Shown here in pieces: positions 38,421 through 53,049 of a stretch of 64,000 nt of DNA (positions are counted from its first letter, which is position 1; every line of letters begins with the position of its first letter). The position numbers were made by a program, and so were the translations under genes. Origin of the DNA: Octopus bimaculoides (Eukaryota); contig NC_068999.1 in assembly GCF_001194135.2 (NCBI RefSeq), forward strand, positions 32,578,431 through 32,642,430, in the 5' to 3' direction. Under the pieces are notes generated by a model that was not told the origin of the DNA, ran no database searches, and saw only the letters and a program-made list of their open reading frames with translations.

Positions 38421-38588
38421 TCAGTTATTGAACTGTGACCAGTCTTTGAGCAGAAGTCCACTGTCTCCACTTCTGCCACCTTCAAGAGTTTCTAAGTTGA
38501 TTATATCAGCCACAGCCTTTACTTGTAGGTCTAATACATGTTTGTTAGTGTCTATAAATAAATTGATGGAAATGGCAACATCTCTTGC
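38421..38588 (-). CDS. Candidate terminal coding exon of an unidentified gene
   Basis: TTTCAG|G acceptor with an in-frame stop just upstream; 55 open codons ARDVAISINLFIDTNKHVLDLQVKAVADIINLETLEGGRSGDSGLLLKDWSQFNN*; A-rich sequence after the stop. No homology recognised. Confidence 0.3.
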   Translation of the reverse strand, partial: ARDVAISINLFIDTNKHVLDLQVKAVADIINLETLEGGRSGDSGLLLKDWSQFNN

Positions 38589-39254
38589 CTGAAACTAACA
38601 TCCAACCTTCAGAAGTTGAGCTTTTCTCACTGCATGCCTATAAATTTACCTGTACACATGCACACACACACACACATGCACTCACACACACAATGCATGT
38701 GTGTGTGTGTGTGTATGTGTGTATTTTAAATAAGTTGTATTTATCTATTTGATGTGTTGGATATATTATGTACATGGACTTGATTTTGAAATTCTTTTGA
38801 AAATGGTTTATATTTATTTATGTATTACCATTATTATTTTTTTTTTTCCACTCTGGTTTTGGGTTTGAATTAGATTAAAACTAATACAAAAATCTGCTAA
38901 ATCCCTCCTGATGTGAAAAAAAAGAAGATTTTTATTACCATTTCAAGATTCCTTATCAAATATGTTTGAACAATTCTGTAATTATTCACCAATTATGGTT
39001 AAAAGCAATGAAACTTGTGAAACAAAGATCAAAGTGTTTGTCTTTTATATGGATACAATTTTTAATATTTTTTTGCCTTTTTCTTAAAACCAATTTGATT
39101 GTTTTGTTTTTAAAATGGTTTTATCTGTATATAGCTATAATTTTGTTGCTTAAGTTTCTGTATAATAATGGTCAGCTGGATTAATATTTGAAATGACACC
39201 CATTCATCATGCTGTGACAATTTTAAAGAACTTCAGTATAAGTGGTGTATAAAT

Positions 39255-39287
<33 letters not shown>

Positions 39288-39305
39288 CTAATGCACACAC
39301 ACACA

Positions 39306-39364
<59 letters not shown>

Positions 39365-40531
39365 ATGTAAATGTATCAAATCTCAGCACATCTAATTTTT
39401 TCAAATGAATACCTATTGATTTCAGTGTTAATTTATAATGCGTATATACTTGCACGACAACCTGAATGTTATAAACTGATTGCGATACTCCAAATCTACT
39501 TTCTAAAATCTAATATTTTGTTATAGTGAAATCCTATATTTGCCATCTCAGACTCACTTATGTTCTTCATACTTTGTATTTTTTTTTATATATTATTTAA
39601 TATATTTTACAAATTTTGTATGTCTGGTGATTGTATGTCATTGACTCTCTATTTCTTGCTGTATATGGAAACCTTATATTCACTGAGGTGTCTCATTTTT
39701 CAAGTGTCTCTGTACAGCTAGGAGCCATTTTGAGTTTTTGTAGCTATTTTAGCAGACAACATGAGAAATTGCTCTCCTCTGGTGCTGATTCCTGGACATT
39801 TATCAACTTCCTGCCTTCGATTCTCTTCTTCACCTCAGTTACCTAAGTAGCAACACTTCACTGGTACCTCTCCATTTTTTTTATTCTGCTACACCCTCAC
39901 ACTAGTAACTCGTGCCTTTTTATTTTCTCAGAATCGGTATGTTTTCCTTCAGACTTCTTTCTTTTTCATATGGTCTTGGTTGAGTTTGTCATGCTTGTAG
40001 CTAGAGTTTTTACAATGTATCCACAGAATTCTGTACCAAAAATTAATTCTAAAGAAATAAACCTGCGAATATTTTTCCCCACCCAACTTAATGAAGTTTA
40101 GCTGTGTCATAACAGGCAAAAAAGAAAAGAAAAAATAAACTCAAATAGCAATCAAATGCAAAAAAATAAAAGAAAAGAAACAAAAAACTACTTAATGTTA
40201 TCTAATGGTTTTCCTTCCTGTTGGTTATTTTAATGGCTAAAGTAATTTTAATGGGTTGTTTAATGGTCTGAAATGTTATGCTATAGTTAGATACTTTGCA
40301 CTGAAACTAAATGGTAAACTGTAGTGTTATTAGCAACAATAAGATATTTATAATATGTCCTTTAGTTAGTTCTTCCTGTCAACACACAAACATTCTCTGC
40401 TGACAAATCTTAAAACATTTTCCTCTTTCTACTCATTGAAATATCTCTTGGTTTCTCCTCATTAATACCAGTAATTAATTACAGTTCCTAATGTATAGCA
40501 GATATACAGATAAATACATACATTGTGTGTG

Positions 40532-40581
<50 letters not shown>

Positions 40582-40704
40582 ATTTTGTTAGGAATTTTGT
40601 TATGTTTTTTAACTGATTCTCTCTGAGTTTATTCTTGGTGCAGTACTCTGTTGATATTCTTGTTGGAATTTCATTTTGTTTGAAAAAATATTATTTTTTG
40701 TTGG

Positions 40705-40761
<57 letters not shown>

Positions 40762-41694
40762 TTATCTACTTTTCGTTTACATATCACTCTGTTAGTCAGA
40801 CCAGCACCTCACAAATTTTTTGATTCTTCACATTTCTGGTTTCCCACTCCAGAACAACTGCCTGAGACCTGAGACATTTCTGAACTCAATCACCTTCTGA
40901 TTAACAATAGCAACAACTGCACATTTACAAAATAAACAAAAAAAACAAAAGAAAGAAAAACAAAACAAACGTCTGATCTGCTGCTTCTCACTTAGCTTTT
41001 TTTTTTTTATATAATTTCTAGTTCTCGTTGGTTGAACATGCTTTTGGCTTGATATATATGGCTTTCCTAATTTCTTCAGTTCTTATATACCTGTCTGTGT
41101 GTGTATGTGTGTGTGGAAACAAAGAATGATGTGTTTCCCAATTTTGAAACTGCCTTCAAGAAGTTTTGGTATCAAAGTATTGGCTGTTGCCTGTTTTAGA
41201 AGTAACTGATTTTGCTGTTAGTTAGTGTCTATGGCTGATCTGTATGTGGCCTGCACACACACATACACACTCACAAACACATACACTTGCATGTATGCAC
41301 ATGCTCTTACATATATATATGTACACATGTTCTTAACTCACATACACAAACATACACACTCACCCTTACACTTAATCTCTTTTTGCACAAATGCACGTAT
41401 ACATTTGCACTACCACATATACATGCAAAACATACACATATCATATTAATATGTAATAAATTGATAATTGTAGTATATGCATACACATACACACACAGCA
41501 GCAACAAACAGCCATACACAGCAGTATATACAAGCACATGCACATATGCACCCAGATATATATGCTTACATATATTTACACATAATGTGCATATACATGT
41601 ACATCAACATCATCTTCATCTTAACATTGTGTTCACATCTTGGCATCAATTCATTGGATCACAGCTTTCTTTCATTCTGTACTGAAATACATAT

Positions 41695-41758
<64 letters not shown>

Positions 41759-42977
41759 ACACTTAACATTGTGTATTCACAAAACCAATGAGGGCACCTC
41801 TGTGTCATTGTGACAAATAGCAACTAAATCTCCCTCATACAGCACACACGTTAGCATGGCTTTTCATGGGAAAGTATTTAAGGCAAGATTTTTATGGCCA
41901 CATACTTTTCCCATTGCCAACCCTTGACTAAGAGGTTTCTTTTATTGCAGAGTAATTTGAAAGTGCAGAGCTAATGGACAGCTTAGTTGATGGTAATGTC
42001 CACAACCACCTCTTGTTGTAGCCAAGTCATAAATGGTGGCATTACTGTTTGTAACCATAACCCAGTATAGATTGTAATCCTTTACAGTGACATACAAGCA
42101 CATACAGATGTGTACACATTCACACACATGACAGGCTTCTTTCAGTTTCCATAGACCAAATCCTCTCAAGGCTATAGTCAACCTGGGGATGTAGTAGAAG
42201 ACATTTGTCAAAAGCACTGCACAGTAGGGACTGAACCCAGACCTACATGGTTACGAAGTGACCTTCTTAACCACAAAACCATGCATATCCCTATCATTAT
42301 GTGTGTTTAGTTGCTAAATTTTTGGCAATCTCAAGTGTCCATCAGATGGTGACTTTTCTTATTACACACACCTCTTGCCCACTTTCTACAACCCCAATAT
42401 GGTAGCTGAGAGTGGATTTTGTTGAACATTTAAAATTCTCAAAACACATCATACCAACAACACTTTGCCCACACATGGTCTTCATCTCAAATTCTATGAA
42501 GCTGGCTATCATGTAGGAGCCAACTGTACCTTGGAAAGAACACATGGAGGAGACTCGTGTTGAACTCCAAATACCAGAAGCTGGTAGAGCAGAGTAGAAA
42601 TTGAGGCTGGTGGAGTTACTTTGAGTCAGTTTAAGTAGGTTACTGAAAGTTTGTTGGGCAATCATTTTGCAGAGCTCTTACTAAGCTTAGAGTCAGTGGT
42701 GCAGGCCATAGAGAAAGCCACTAGATAGTTTGGATAAAGAAGGCAGTCCCATGGGCTTGCTGCTTACTGGGATGTAAGCCAGGGCTTGATAAATGCTTGC
42801 TAGATCAGTTAGGTAGGGGGTCTGATGTTGAAAGGATTGTTTTTCATCTTACATCCCAGAGCATCTGTAAGTTGTATCTTAAAATCATACAGACAGACAC
42901 ACACATCCTGAGATAAATTCATTATATACATACTCTAACTTAGAGGGAATGAATACTTAAATGAGTTTTATACATGT

Positions 42978-43042
<65 letters not shown>

Positions 43043-43246
43043 TGCAGAAAATGTAACAGGTATTTTTAATCTTTATATAGCATATACACATTTGCACAAC
43101 AGCATCAGTCACCTTATGGAACAACATTTGGCTTTCAAACAATGTGCATATGTTAAATAAAACTTAAAAATATCAATTGATTTTTCTGTATTCTTTATTT
43201 CTGTGTAACACGGCTTGAATTCTGCTCACTAGGTTATCCAGTTATA

Positions 43247-43460
43247 CAGAAGTCACCTGACAGTAAATCAAAATTCCATAAATACTTCGATTTTATTTAT
43301 TCATTCCAATTATGAAAGTTTAATAATCGAATGCTGTGAGTTAAAAATCACTGTTTTTGTTTCTCAACATTTGTCTGTTTATTAGCAAAGTCTCATTCAG
43401 TTGTTAAACATATATAAAACTTGGACTTTAATAGGTTGATTTACTGTCAGGTGACTTTTG
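43247..43460. mobile_element. Tc1/mariner-type MITE (214 bp)
   Basis: 25-bp TIRs CAGAAGTCACCTGACAGTAAATCAA / TTGATTTACTGTCAGGTGACTTTTG (24/25), TA on the left flank. Confidence 0.8.
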
Positions 43461-44799
43461 GCCAACCTTGTATAATGGTTATTTTCAAACTGTAATATAG
43501 GCTTGGTGTGTGTGACTGTTTACTGAGCTCAAATGTTTTGGTGACATCTCATGTCTTCCAGCACACTTTTAAACTGTGTGTGTGTTCTATTCAAGCTGAA
43601 ATACATTCCCTGTTGTGTTATTGATAGTGAAGTAAAGTATGATCATCATTAACATCATAACTTATTCTATTATTAGACATGTTTACACATTTTAATGTTC
43701 AGTTTGTATTTTTGAAGAAATGGTGTTCTAGAAATTTGGGATAACATGAAGAGAGGGAGAGAGCAAGGGACAGAAGTGGGGGAGGTTAAGGAGTTGTAGG
43801 GCTGAGAGAATATTTGGGCTATGTGCAAAATGGGATACAGTGTAAGGGTACTGAAAGGAGGAGGAGGAAGAGTAGTTATGAAGTGATTTGACCAAATTAC
43901 AGGTGAAAATGGTCTAGTAGTGGCAACAGTAACAGCAAATAAGGTGAGAAGAGCAAACATAGGTATAGTAGTAGTAAATGATGCCAAGAAAGGACACAGC
44001 TTATTAGAATAGTGTGTATTGATGATTGTGGATTTGTTCATCAGATAAAGGAATTGGTGGAGTAGGATCAGTGTTGTGCAGCATGCTAAGGATTCTGCCA
44101 GCTCACCACTTTCTTTATAATAATAAGAATAATTTTCAATGATGTAGTAGCAGGAAGAAGGACAATATGTGACCTTTTCCCAGGGTCTCTGTAAGTCGTT
44201 ATTAGAAAGGAGAAAAATATCCTCAAACCAGAGAATATTTTCAAAAGAACTGATTTCACTATAGATACCCAAGGGTCAGTTGGTACAGTCAAGCATGATT
44301 TGGTTTCTAACATAGATATACAAGGCCATGACTTTAGAGGGTGGTGGTTGGGTACAGTTGATATAATTGACTCCATTATGTGGTTTCTCCTTCATTTTAT
44401 TGACCCCTGGGAGGATGAAAAGTAAACTGGACCTTGATGGGATTTGAAGTCAGAACATAGAGGGATGTAATTAAGTGCTGCTTGACATTGTCTGGTACTC
44501 ACTGTGTTTCTGTCACTATTTGATGATGTGTGATGTTCATGCATTTGTCTATGGTAATTAACGATGTAAGTGGAGTAAGAGCATGCAACAGCTAGGACTT
44601 GACATACATGTACCTTATGCTATCTTTTTCCTGTAGCACTTTCAGAAAAATAATTCTGATATTGATACAAAACCAGAAATCTGAAGTAGAGGAAAATATA
44701 TTGATCTTCCATTGTTTTACTGGTATTCATCCAATATATCCTGGGAGAGAGAGAAAGACAGGCTCAACTGTGACAAGATTTGAAGCCAGTAATAATAAT

Positions 44800-45920
44800 A
44801 ATAATAACTTTCTTTCAAATCTTAGCACAGTGCCAGCAATTTTAAGGAGAGGGAGTAAGTTGATTACATCAGCCCCAGTGCTTGACTGGTACTTTATTGA
44901 TCTGAAAAGGTTGAAAGCAATGTTGACCTTGGGAGGATTTGAACTCGGGGACATAAATAACTGGAAGAAATTCCACTTAGCATTTTGTCTGATGTACTAA
45001 CAGTTTTGTCAGCTCACTACTGGTTTCAAATTTTGGTACAGGGCCAGTAGTTTTTGAGGGGAGAGGAAGCTAATTACACCAATCCTAGTACTTGACTAGT
45101 TCTTATTCTATCAATCCTGGAAACATGAAAAGCAAAGTCAACCTCGGCAGAATTTGAACTCCAAATGTTGACAGATGAAATGCTACTAAGAACAATAATT
45201 TATGCCCAAAGCTGGCAATTTTTCTTGAGGGGGTAGTTTAGTCATTTACATTGACCCCAGTACTTGACTTGTGCTCTGTTTTATCAACCTCAGAATGAAC
45301 TTGGTGGGATTGAACTGGAGTGTAGAGCCATAGCTAAATACTGCAAGTTCACTTCCCTAATGATCCTGCTAACCCACCATCTTAATAGTAATAATAATCC
45401 TTAGCACAAGGCCTGAAATTTTGGGGGAGGGGACTAGTCAATTATATTGACCCCAGTATGCAACTGGTACTTATTTCATCAACCCCAAAAAGATAAAAAG
45501 CAAAGTTGACCTTGGCAGGATTTGAATTCAGAATGTAGCAACAGGCAAAATACCACTAAGCATTTTGGCCAGTGTGCTAATGATTCTGCCAGCTCACTGC
45601 CTTATAATATTATTAATAATAATAATCATTTGTACTATAGTCACAAATTCCAAAAATTTTGGGAGAGGGTACTAGTTGATTACATTAACCACAGTACTTG
45701 ACTGGTACTTAATTTATCAACCTTGAAAGAATGAAAGACAAAGTTGACCATGACAAAATTTGAACTCAGAATGTAATGGATGAAATTCTAAGCATTTTGT
45801 CTGGCATGCAAACAATTCTGCCAGCTCACTGCTTTAATAATAATAATAATAATTTTTAACTTAAACACAGTTCCAAACAGAGTAATAGACCCCAGGATCT
45901 GATTGGTACTTAATTTTATG
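44800..45920 (-). mobile_element. Head-to-tail array of 5 SINE-B copies plus a stub
   Basis: Repeated CCCCAGT(A/G)CTTGACTGGTACTT cores at ~200-bp spacing; several junctions are (AAT)n. Confidence 0.85.
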
Positions 45921-48437
45921 GACAAGATAGTATATTACATAAATTTATAGAGTCCTTGGTTGGTGATTCTTTTGGTAATGAAAATAAATCTTTGGTAAAA
46001 CAAGAACATTTTATGATGTTGTGTATCAAAACCTATTTCTTAGATTTCGTCATAATTTTGGTGAGTGCATTCTTAGCAGATTCCTTTCAAAGAAAACCAA
46101 CAATTGTTATGAATATCAATTATTCTTTAATCTTAACTCAATAATATTTATTCTTCAATATTTCTGAGATTAGTGTTTCATCCTTGAAGCATTTCTTTGA
46201 GGTATTTTTCCCTACTTCTCAGCATTTATATATTTGTCCATTTATATTTCTTCTCAGTGTGGAAATAGCTTTTAGTCACCTGATCTTGCCTCACTCCATT
46301 ATTTTCTTCTGTTCTTTATTGATTCTCAAAGCCATTTATCATATTTTGATATTCACCATTTAATTACCATCTGCAGACTTTTCTTGAAACTTGGCTGTCA
46401 CCAATAAATTATGCCTTTCTCTTGACATTTCTTCTCTTATTATCTCTCGGGTATTAGCGTCTTCAATAATCCACTGAATTTGGTTTTGCTGCCTGTCAAA
46501 CTCTTAATCCACAACTGTCTGCAATTATTGGAAAATTAGTTGTTGTGGTCTTGGTGACGGTTGTGGTAATGATAGTGATAGAGTGGGGACAATCATGGTG
46601 ATGACACTAGTGGTAGTCATGGCAATGATGACAGTAGTAGTTGTAGTAGTAAAGGTTATTTTGAATTTTAAAATTTCTCATCCCAGTTTTACCTGATGGT
46701 CCATAACTTGTCTATGATGGTGACTCTATGGTGAACATAACAAATGAGAGAATATGACTTAGTGTTTGATTCGTTATGCAACAACACAAGGTGCAACATT
46801 TGTATTGCTAGAGATGCAGGTGCATACATCTCTGTTAAGAAATCTACAGAAATAGAGAAGTCTGCTACACTTCTAGTATCAGTACACTATTCCTCACCCA
46901 TGGCTAAACATGAACCAGTGAGGAAGTCTCTACATGGTTGCTTACTCTGCCAGAAAAAGTAACCAAATTTGCTCAAATGATACTCTACCATCTTAAAACA
47001 AGAAGGCATTATTGGACAATATAGACTGTTTTGTGGGTTTGCTTTATCTTTGGTATGAAACAAATAACCTGATGAAATGCATCAACTTCTCCACTGGAAC
47101 CCAATCTTACCATTAATGGTGTCTATTAACCAGTTTCACCGTCTCAAGATCTCATATATACATTCTAATACTAAAAACTACCCGATTTTACCACTGATAA
47201 ATAAATTATAGCATTTGTTTATATAGCAGTCTGGCCACATGTTTGAGCATCTCATTTATGCATCTTCATGGTTGAAATCAAATGTCAGTTTGTTGTTATG
47301 AGTTCAAATATAATGTTGGTATCTCATATATGTGTATTTGTGAAGTGGAACATGAACTGGGGAGGAATAGTAAGCACTTCTTTTGAGAAATGATCTCGGG
47401 CTAGCAACCCATTATGAGTAGAAAGATTTTACTTCTGTCATTTTAACACCATAAAACTGGTGCTAAGCTCTGCTCCTTAGAAATTAGTTGGTGCTAAGGG
47501 ACATTTATATTAACTTACAAACTTTATTTGCCATCAGAAATTTTCAAACAAGATTTTATACTTGGCACTGTCTCAGGCAACTATTGACGTAGGAAGCCAT
47601 GTTTGCAGTGGTGGTGGGTGTCAGTGTCAGAATGGGAGGTCATGCAGGCTGTGGGAACTCATGTTGGTTGATGACATAAAATAATAAACAGATAGCCTAT
47701 CTATAGAGCACCTGCCAAAATCTGATCACAACACAAGCACTTATCAAAGAAACCATAAGGGTTCATTTATCAACTTGATTACACAAGGACTACTTAAACA
47801 CTACCCTACCTCTTCACTTGACGTGTATTCATCTTGTTTAACCCTTCAAATAACTGTCAACTGTTATCAACTTTTCTTCCATCATACAGACCCATCACTA
47901 ACCAATTTTAATAAAGTATTTGTATTTAAGAGAAAATCTCAACTGAAATCTTATTACATAATAAATGGTGGCCTAAGATTTTATCAGCTTTAAGTTCCTT
48001 CATATTGCCAGTTTAATTATCAATACTTCTAAATATCAGTCCATGTAATTGGTTATTGTAGTCGTGTGTTGGTGTTTAGCTTCAGATCAGCTCTGGATGC
48101 AGCGAATTGATAATCAGACAAGTTCCATCTATGACCAACATTTCCTTTTCTCGTGTATTTTGTATTTAGGACTACATAATGTGGCTTCTTGTGAAACCTC
48201 ATGATTTGAGGGTAAGTCAGTTGTTATTTCTTTCCACCATGTAGGGATTCCAAAAAGGAGTTGTTTGTATATCTCAAGATGTTGTGATCTCATTGGTCTT
48301 TAGGCAGATCTTTGTTCTACTCTGTGTCCAATCAGTTTTCTTTAATGATTAAAATATTGCAATCATAGCATTGTCTTCAGATCACAATTCTTTTTCAAAC
48401 AAAATACAGGGTTTTTCTCTTTTCACTGTTTTACATT

Positions 48438-48670
48438 CATTTCAATATGTTAACATGTAGTGGTTTATCTATTGTAGCAGTAGATGCTTTAGCTATTAGA
48501 GCATCTATGTTAACATGGGTGGGGGTGTTATCAGTTGAAACAAGTTTGTTTATATGTGGCAGTGAGTGGTTTATCCATTGGAGTATCCTTCATAACATGT
48601 GGTAGTTTGGTTTATCAGTGAGAACAGCAATGTTAACATGTAGCAGTGTGGTTTATCAATTAGAGCAGGT
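48438..48670. repeat. Degenerate minisatellite (~40 bp)
   Basis: Recurring ATGTTAACATGT..AGTGTGGTTTATC, about 6 copies. Confidence 0.6.
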
Positions 48671-50394
48671 GGTTCATTTTTGAAGCAGTTGTTTCCCCTG
48701 TTTAACATGTGAAGGGGTGGCATAAATTGTCTACCCAGTTGTTTCTGCAATTGGGGAGATAGAGTCCCTGTTTTCCACTAATCAGTCATTTGTACACATT
48801 CCTTCATACATATATACACATTAGTGTATAATACGCACACTTGTGTACACTCATATCACATGCACACACACATTTAGGCATGTGCACACAAATATACATG
48901 CATGCATACACAGACCTATGTACACATGCATGTATAGTCACACACATACACAGCACACACTCTCTCTCTTTCTCTCTCTCTCTCTTACACACTGCTGGTT
49001 TCAAGGCATTGATTATCTACTTTGTAAGCTTTAATGATCTTCATTATAAGCCTTGTTATTTTTCCATACCTTAAACTACTTTAGAAGGTTTTGTAAATAT
49101 TTGCTTATTATCCTTAATTATATTTTTAAATACACTACAGAATTCTAACTTCTACTAGTTTTTAACTTCTTAATTAATCACTCAAATTAATAATATTTCT
49201 CTGTAATACAATCCAAGTTTAAATTATATATTTATATACATATATCAATATAAAAAAATGCAACCCAATTTAATATATACAGACATATATTTAGATAAGA
49301 AATGCAATAGTTAAAACTTGAGAGTTTTTAAATCATTATAAATGTTTAATTTTACTGAGTATTTTAAACTGTTTTTATTGTGCCTTTATAAAAAAAATCC
49401 GTTTTGAAATATTTTTTTTTTCTTCCTTACAACTCTTGCTCCTAGGATATCAGTCTCTGTCAAAAATGAAGAGTCTTTATAATCTGTTGTAAGAAGTAAC
49501 ACTAATTGCTTGCTGCCACCTGTTTTTATTCTCCAGACACTGATGGTTGTAATGTCTCTTAGTTTCAATATAAATCATTAAACATACCTGATGCAGTTCT
49601 CATTTATAAATAGTACCTGTCTTATGCTTTAAATTCTTTAAGTTTTCTTTGATAAATTCTGACAATATTCCATTTTATTTCTGGTTTTTATTGAAATGAA
49701 AATTATTTTGTAACCTAAGTTTTTGTTTTATTTTGTGTATACATGTATAAGTGTATCTGTGTGTAAGTGTGGTGTATTGTCTGTCTGTGTGTGTGTGTGT
49801 GTGTATTGTATGTGTAGGTACATAAAATGGTATGGTGGTATCTGATATGGTTGGTGCTTGACAAAATGTTATGGTAGTATGTGATGTATTGATGTATGAA
49901 ATGAAGTGTTACATAGAATGGTGTATACTACTTCTCATCAATACTCTACTAACAATCTGTAAAACTATGTCCTCTCTTTTCTGTTCTACACTTACTCTGA
50001 TGGTCTGTACTTCAACGAATGCATTTACTGAATCCTACCAACACTATCTCTACATTTCATTTATATCTTCTCTTTTCACCTCTTTCATGCCTCTCATCGT
50101 AATTACTACCTCTAGTTTGTCCAAGAACACAGCAACCTCTGTAGGGTTAGTGCCATGATAAAATACATCTAATGCCCACTGTAAAGTGTGGATTCAGCCA
50201 TGTGGTTCACTTAGAAGAGAAGTCATTTTGAATAAGAACTGACTTGGATTTCTATGACCCATCCAACCCATGCCATCATGGAAAGCAGGTGCAAAAAATA
50301 ATACACCTTTTCCTATTTTTTCTCAGTGCTGCCACTAACTTCTGACAATCCAAGCTAACCAGTAACTGCACTAACCTCACCCTAATTCGATCTA

Positions 50395-50574
50395 CCATAT
50401 TTTAACGTGTATAAGGAACCCTTTTTTTGTCAAAAATTAGGTTAAAAAATATGGGAGTTTCTAATACATGGATAGTATTATAATCCCTTACAAAACTTTT
50501 TTTTCCAAATTTTAAGCCCAAAACATTAGGGGGTTCCATATACACAAGAGTTCTTTAGACATGTTAAAATATGG
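50395..50574. mobile_element. pogo/Tigger-like MITE (180 bp)
   Basis: TA|CCATATTTTAACGTGTATAAG ... CTTTAGACATGTTAAAATATGG inverted termini. Confidence 0.65.
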
Positions 50575-51104
50575 TCAATCCCTCCTGCCTACAAGAGTTT
50601 ATACACTAGATGTATGCTATGTACATACCTTGTAATGCAACTTAACAATTGAGCAACCAAACCCCCTAAAATTACACTCTACTGTGTTGGAAAATGAATG
50701 GTATACTAAATGATGGTGTCCTAGGTGCACTGTGCCTAGAGCAAAATGAACAAAAAAATCATTGGATTGTCATAGCTAAAAACTTTAATAATAATCTACT
50801 CAATCATAGCTGACCTGGAACTAAAAGAAAAAACAATTTAAACGGTTGAAACTATTTAGTAACCCCCGAGTCCCAGTCCAGGAAGGGTTAAACAGATTCC
50901 TAACTCTTGATCTAGAAAGGGCTAAGCAGCCCTCTAATTCCTAATCTTAAGCTAACTCACACAAAACATATTTTCCTGCTTCTTAAAACAGAAGCTGGGG
51001 CACCTGCAGTCAAGTTTCATGAGATAGGATATGACCAGTTAAACACTAGTGTATCCAACCTATAACCCCACCCCAAATCATTGGTCAAATGTTCTATAAT
51101 TAAT

Positions 51105-51322
51105 ATTGATTTCAAATTTTTGTGCAAGGCCAGCAATTTCAGGGATGTGGGTTAGTCAATTGCATCAACCCCAGTGTTCAACTGGTACTTATTTTATCTA
51201 ATTCGAAAGGATGAAAGGCAAAGTCAAATCTTGGTGGAATTTGAACTTTAAATGTAATAACAGACAAAATGCCACTAAGCATTTTGCCCCGCATGCTAAT
51301 GATTCTACCAGCTTGCCACCTC
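51105..51322 (-). mobile_element. SINE-B
   Basis: Full reverse-complement copy. Confidence 0.8.
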
Positions 51323-52454
51323 ATGTTCTTCACCATTAACTGAATTTTTTTTCTAAACACACACACATACGAAGGAGTAAGATATATTAATTATTTGTTT
51401 GACTTTGTTTCATGGTTAATATTTGAATAAAGCTGAATTTTCCGTAGTTAATGTTAAGAGAGATCTCTAACAAATATTCCTTAGTTATTTCATTGGTCTT
51501 ATTGTTTAGTACCCATTCTATCTTTTATCATTGCATAGTGTATCTCGGTCTTTTAATGTATTCTTTCTTGTTGTTTANNNNNNNNNNNNNNNNNNNNNNN
51601 NNNNNNNNNNNNNNNNNNNNNNNNNNNNNNNNNNNNNNNNNNNNNNNNNNNNNNNNNNNNNNNNNNNNNNNNNNNNNNNTTATCATTGCATAGTGTATCT
51701 CGGTCTTTTAATGTATTCTTTCTTGTTGTTTATCCCTATGTCAGCCTTGGTCCTGAAAACCTGAGACCAATCCTGTTCCTGATATGATCTGTCTTTTATT
51801 CAAATAGTGCATCTAAGATTACATTAAGCTGCTACCATCCATTTCTCACCAACACCCTGGGTCCCCAGTGCTGACACATTGGCTGCCCCGGATGTGATAG
51901 CATGAACAAATAAACATCCAATAGTATCTATATGGTTTCTTGTTTGGTTTCCTCAGTTTTCTGGTTTGGCTACCTTGGCAGAGCAACTACCCTCCTTCTT
52001 TTGGAGCTGAGCATGGGATCATCTTTGGCAGTGTATTGGTTGAGAGGACCACTAGGAAATAAAGAAAAAAGAAGAAAGATTACATTATCCAATGTTTCCA
52101 TCATTTCTAAGAAAGTCAGCTGAAATGTAAGATCTTGCTGCAGTTTTTTGCAGATCGAGTGTAGATCCTCCGTTATTAGCTCAAATCTTTCATGGTTGAT
52201 TATGTATAGCCCCTGCTATTCCCTACATGCCTATTATAATTGGTTAAACATCTTGATGTTGTCTGCAGATCCATCATCTTAGAATATCATTATATGGCTC
52301 TGTTGCATTCTGAACCATCTTCTGCAGTGTTGTTATAAAGCAACTCTGTGTACATGTAGCATAATTGTTACATGGCCATTTTGTCCACATGTAGCATAGA
52401 TTTATAAGATAATTTTGTGCACATGTATGTTCGGTATTAACATGAGACTTGAAA

Positions 52455-52690
52455 ATAAAGCAGCAAGTTGGCAGAATTGTTTGTATTGCATGCATGCTCA
52501 GCAGCATATCATCTGCCTTTATGTTCTCAGTTCAAATTTTGCGATGGTCAACTTTGCCTTTCATCCTCTCAAGGTTGATGAAATAAGTACCAGCCAAGCA
52601 TGGTGGGAGGGACGCAGTTATTGACCATCCCTGCCATCCCACCTCACAAAAATTTTAGGTTTTATACCTAAGGTAGAAAGGATTACAAAA
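52455..52690 (+). mobile_element. SINE-B
   Basis: GGTCAACTTTGCCTTTCATCC..AAATAAGTACCAG core. Confidence 0.75.
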
Positions 52691-53049
52691 CCTGAAAATG
52701 GTTAATGCTGCCTGGAGGATGAGAGTAAGTTTCATGACTTATATTGGTAGATCAGGTATATTATATTGTTAATGGGAGAGTGGAACAGACATTATTATAT
52801 TCTAAAGAAAATTCATAAAACTGAATTAGATTGTGTCTTTGGAAGATTTTTGTCTCCTCCTGTCACATGAAATTTGGTTTAATTTCAAGAACTCTTTTTT
52901 TTCACTGATGTAGAATTTGTTTTAGGGCGTGTGTTTTATTTTTGTCACTTATGCTTGCTTTATTTGCATTTTATTGATAATTTGTGGCTTGTTATAAAAA
53001 GGTGTATATAGTAGTGATGTTGAAAAACAGAATGTTTCATGGTCAATGT

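Noticed and set aside
39750-39848. Minus-strand frame ending SCCLLK*, reminiscent of a prenylated GTPase tail
   Set aside because: Not a true CaaX or CC terminus, and the acceptor lacks a pyrimidine tract.
46140-46500. Possible L1/Tx1-like remnant (TKSYFHTEKK)
   Set aside because: Too decayed to call from one weak motif.
51525-51732. Identical 53-bp direct repeat on both sides of a gap
   Set aside because: Most likely an unmerged contig overlap (assembly artefact).
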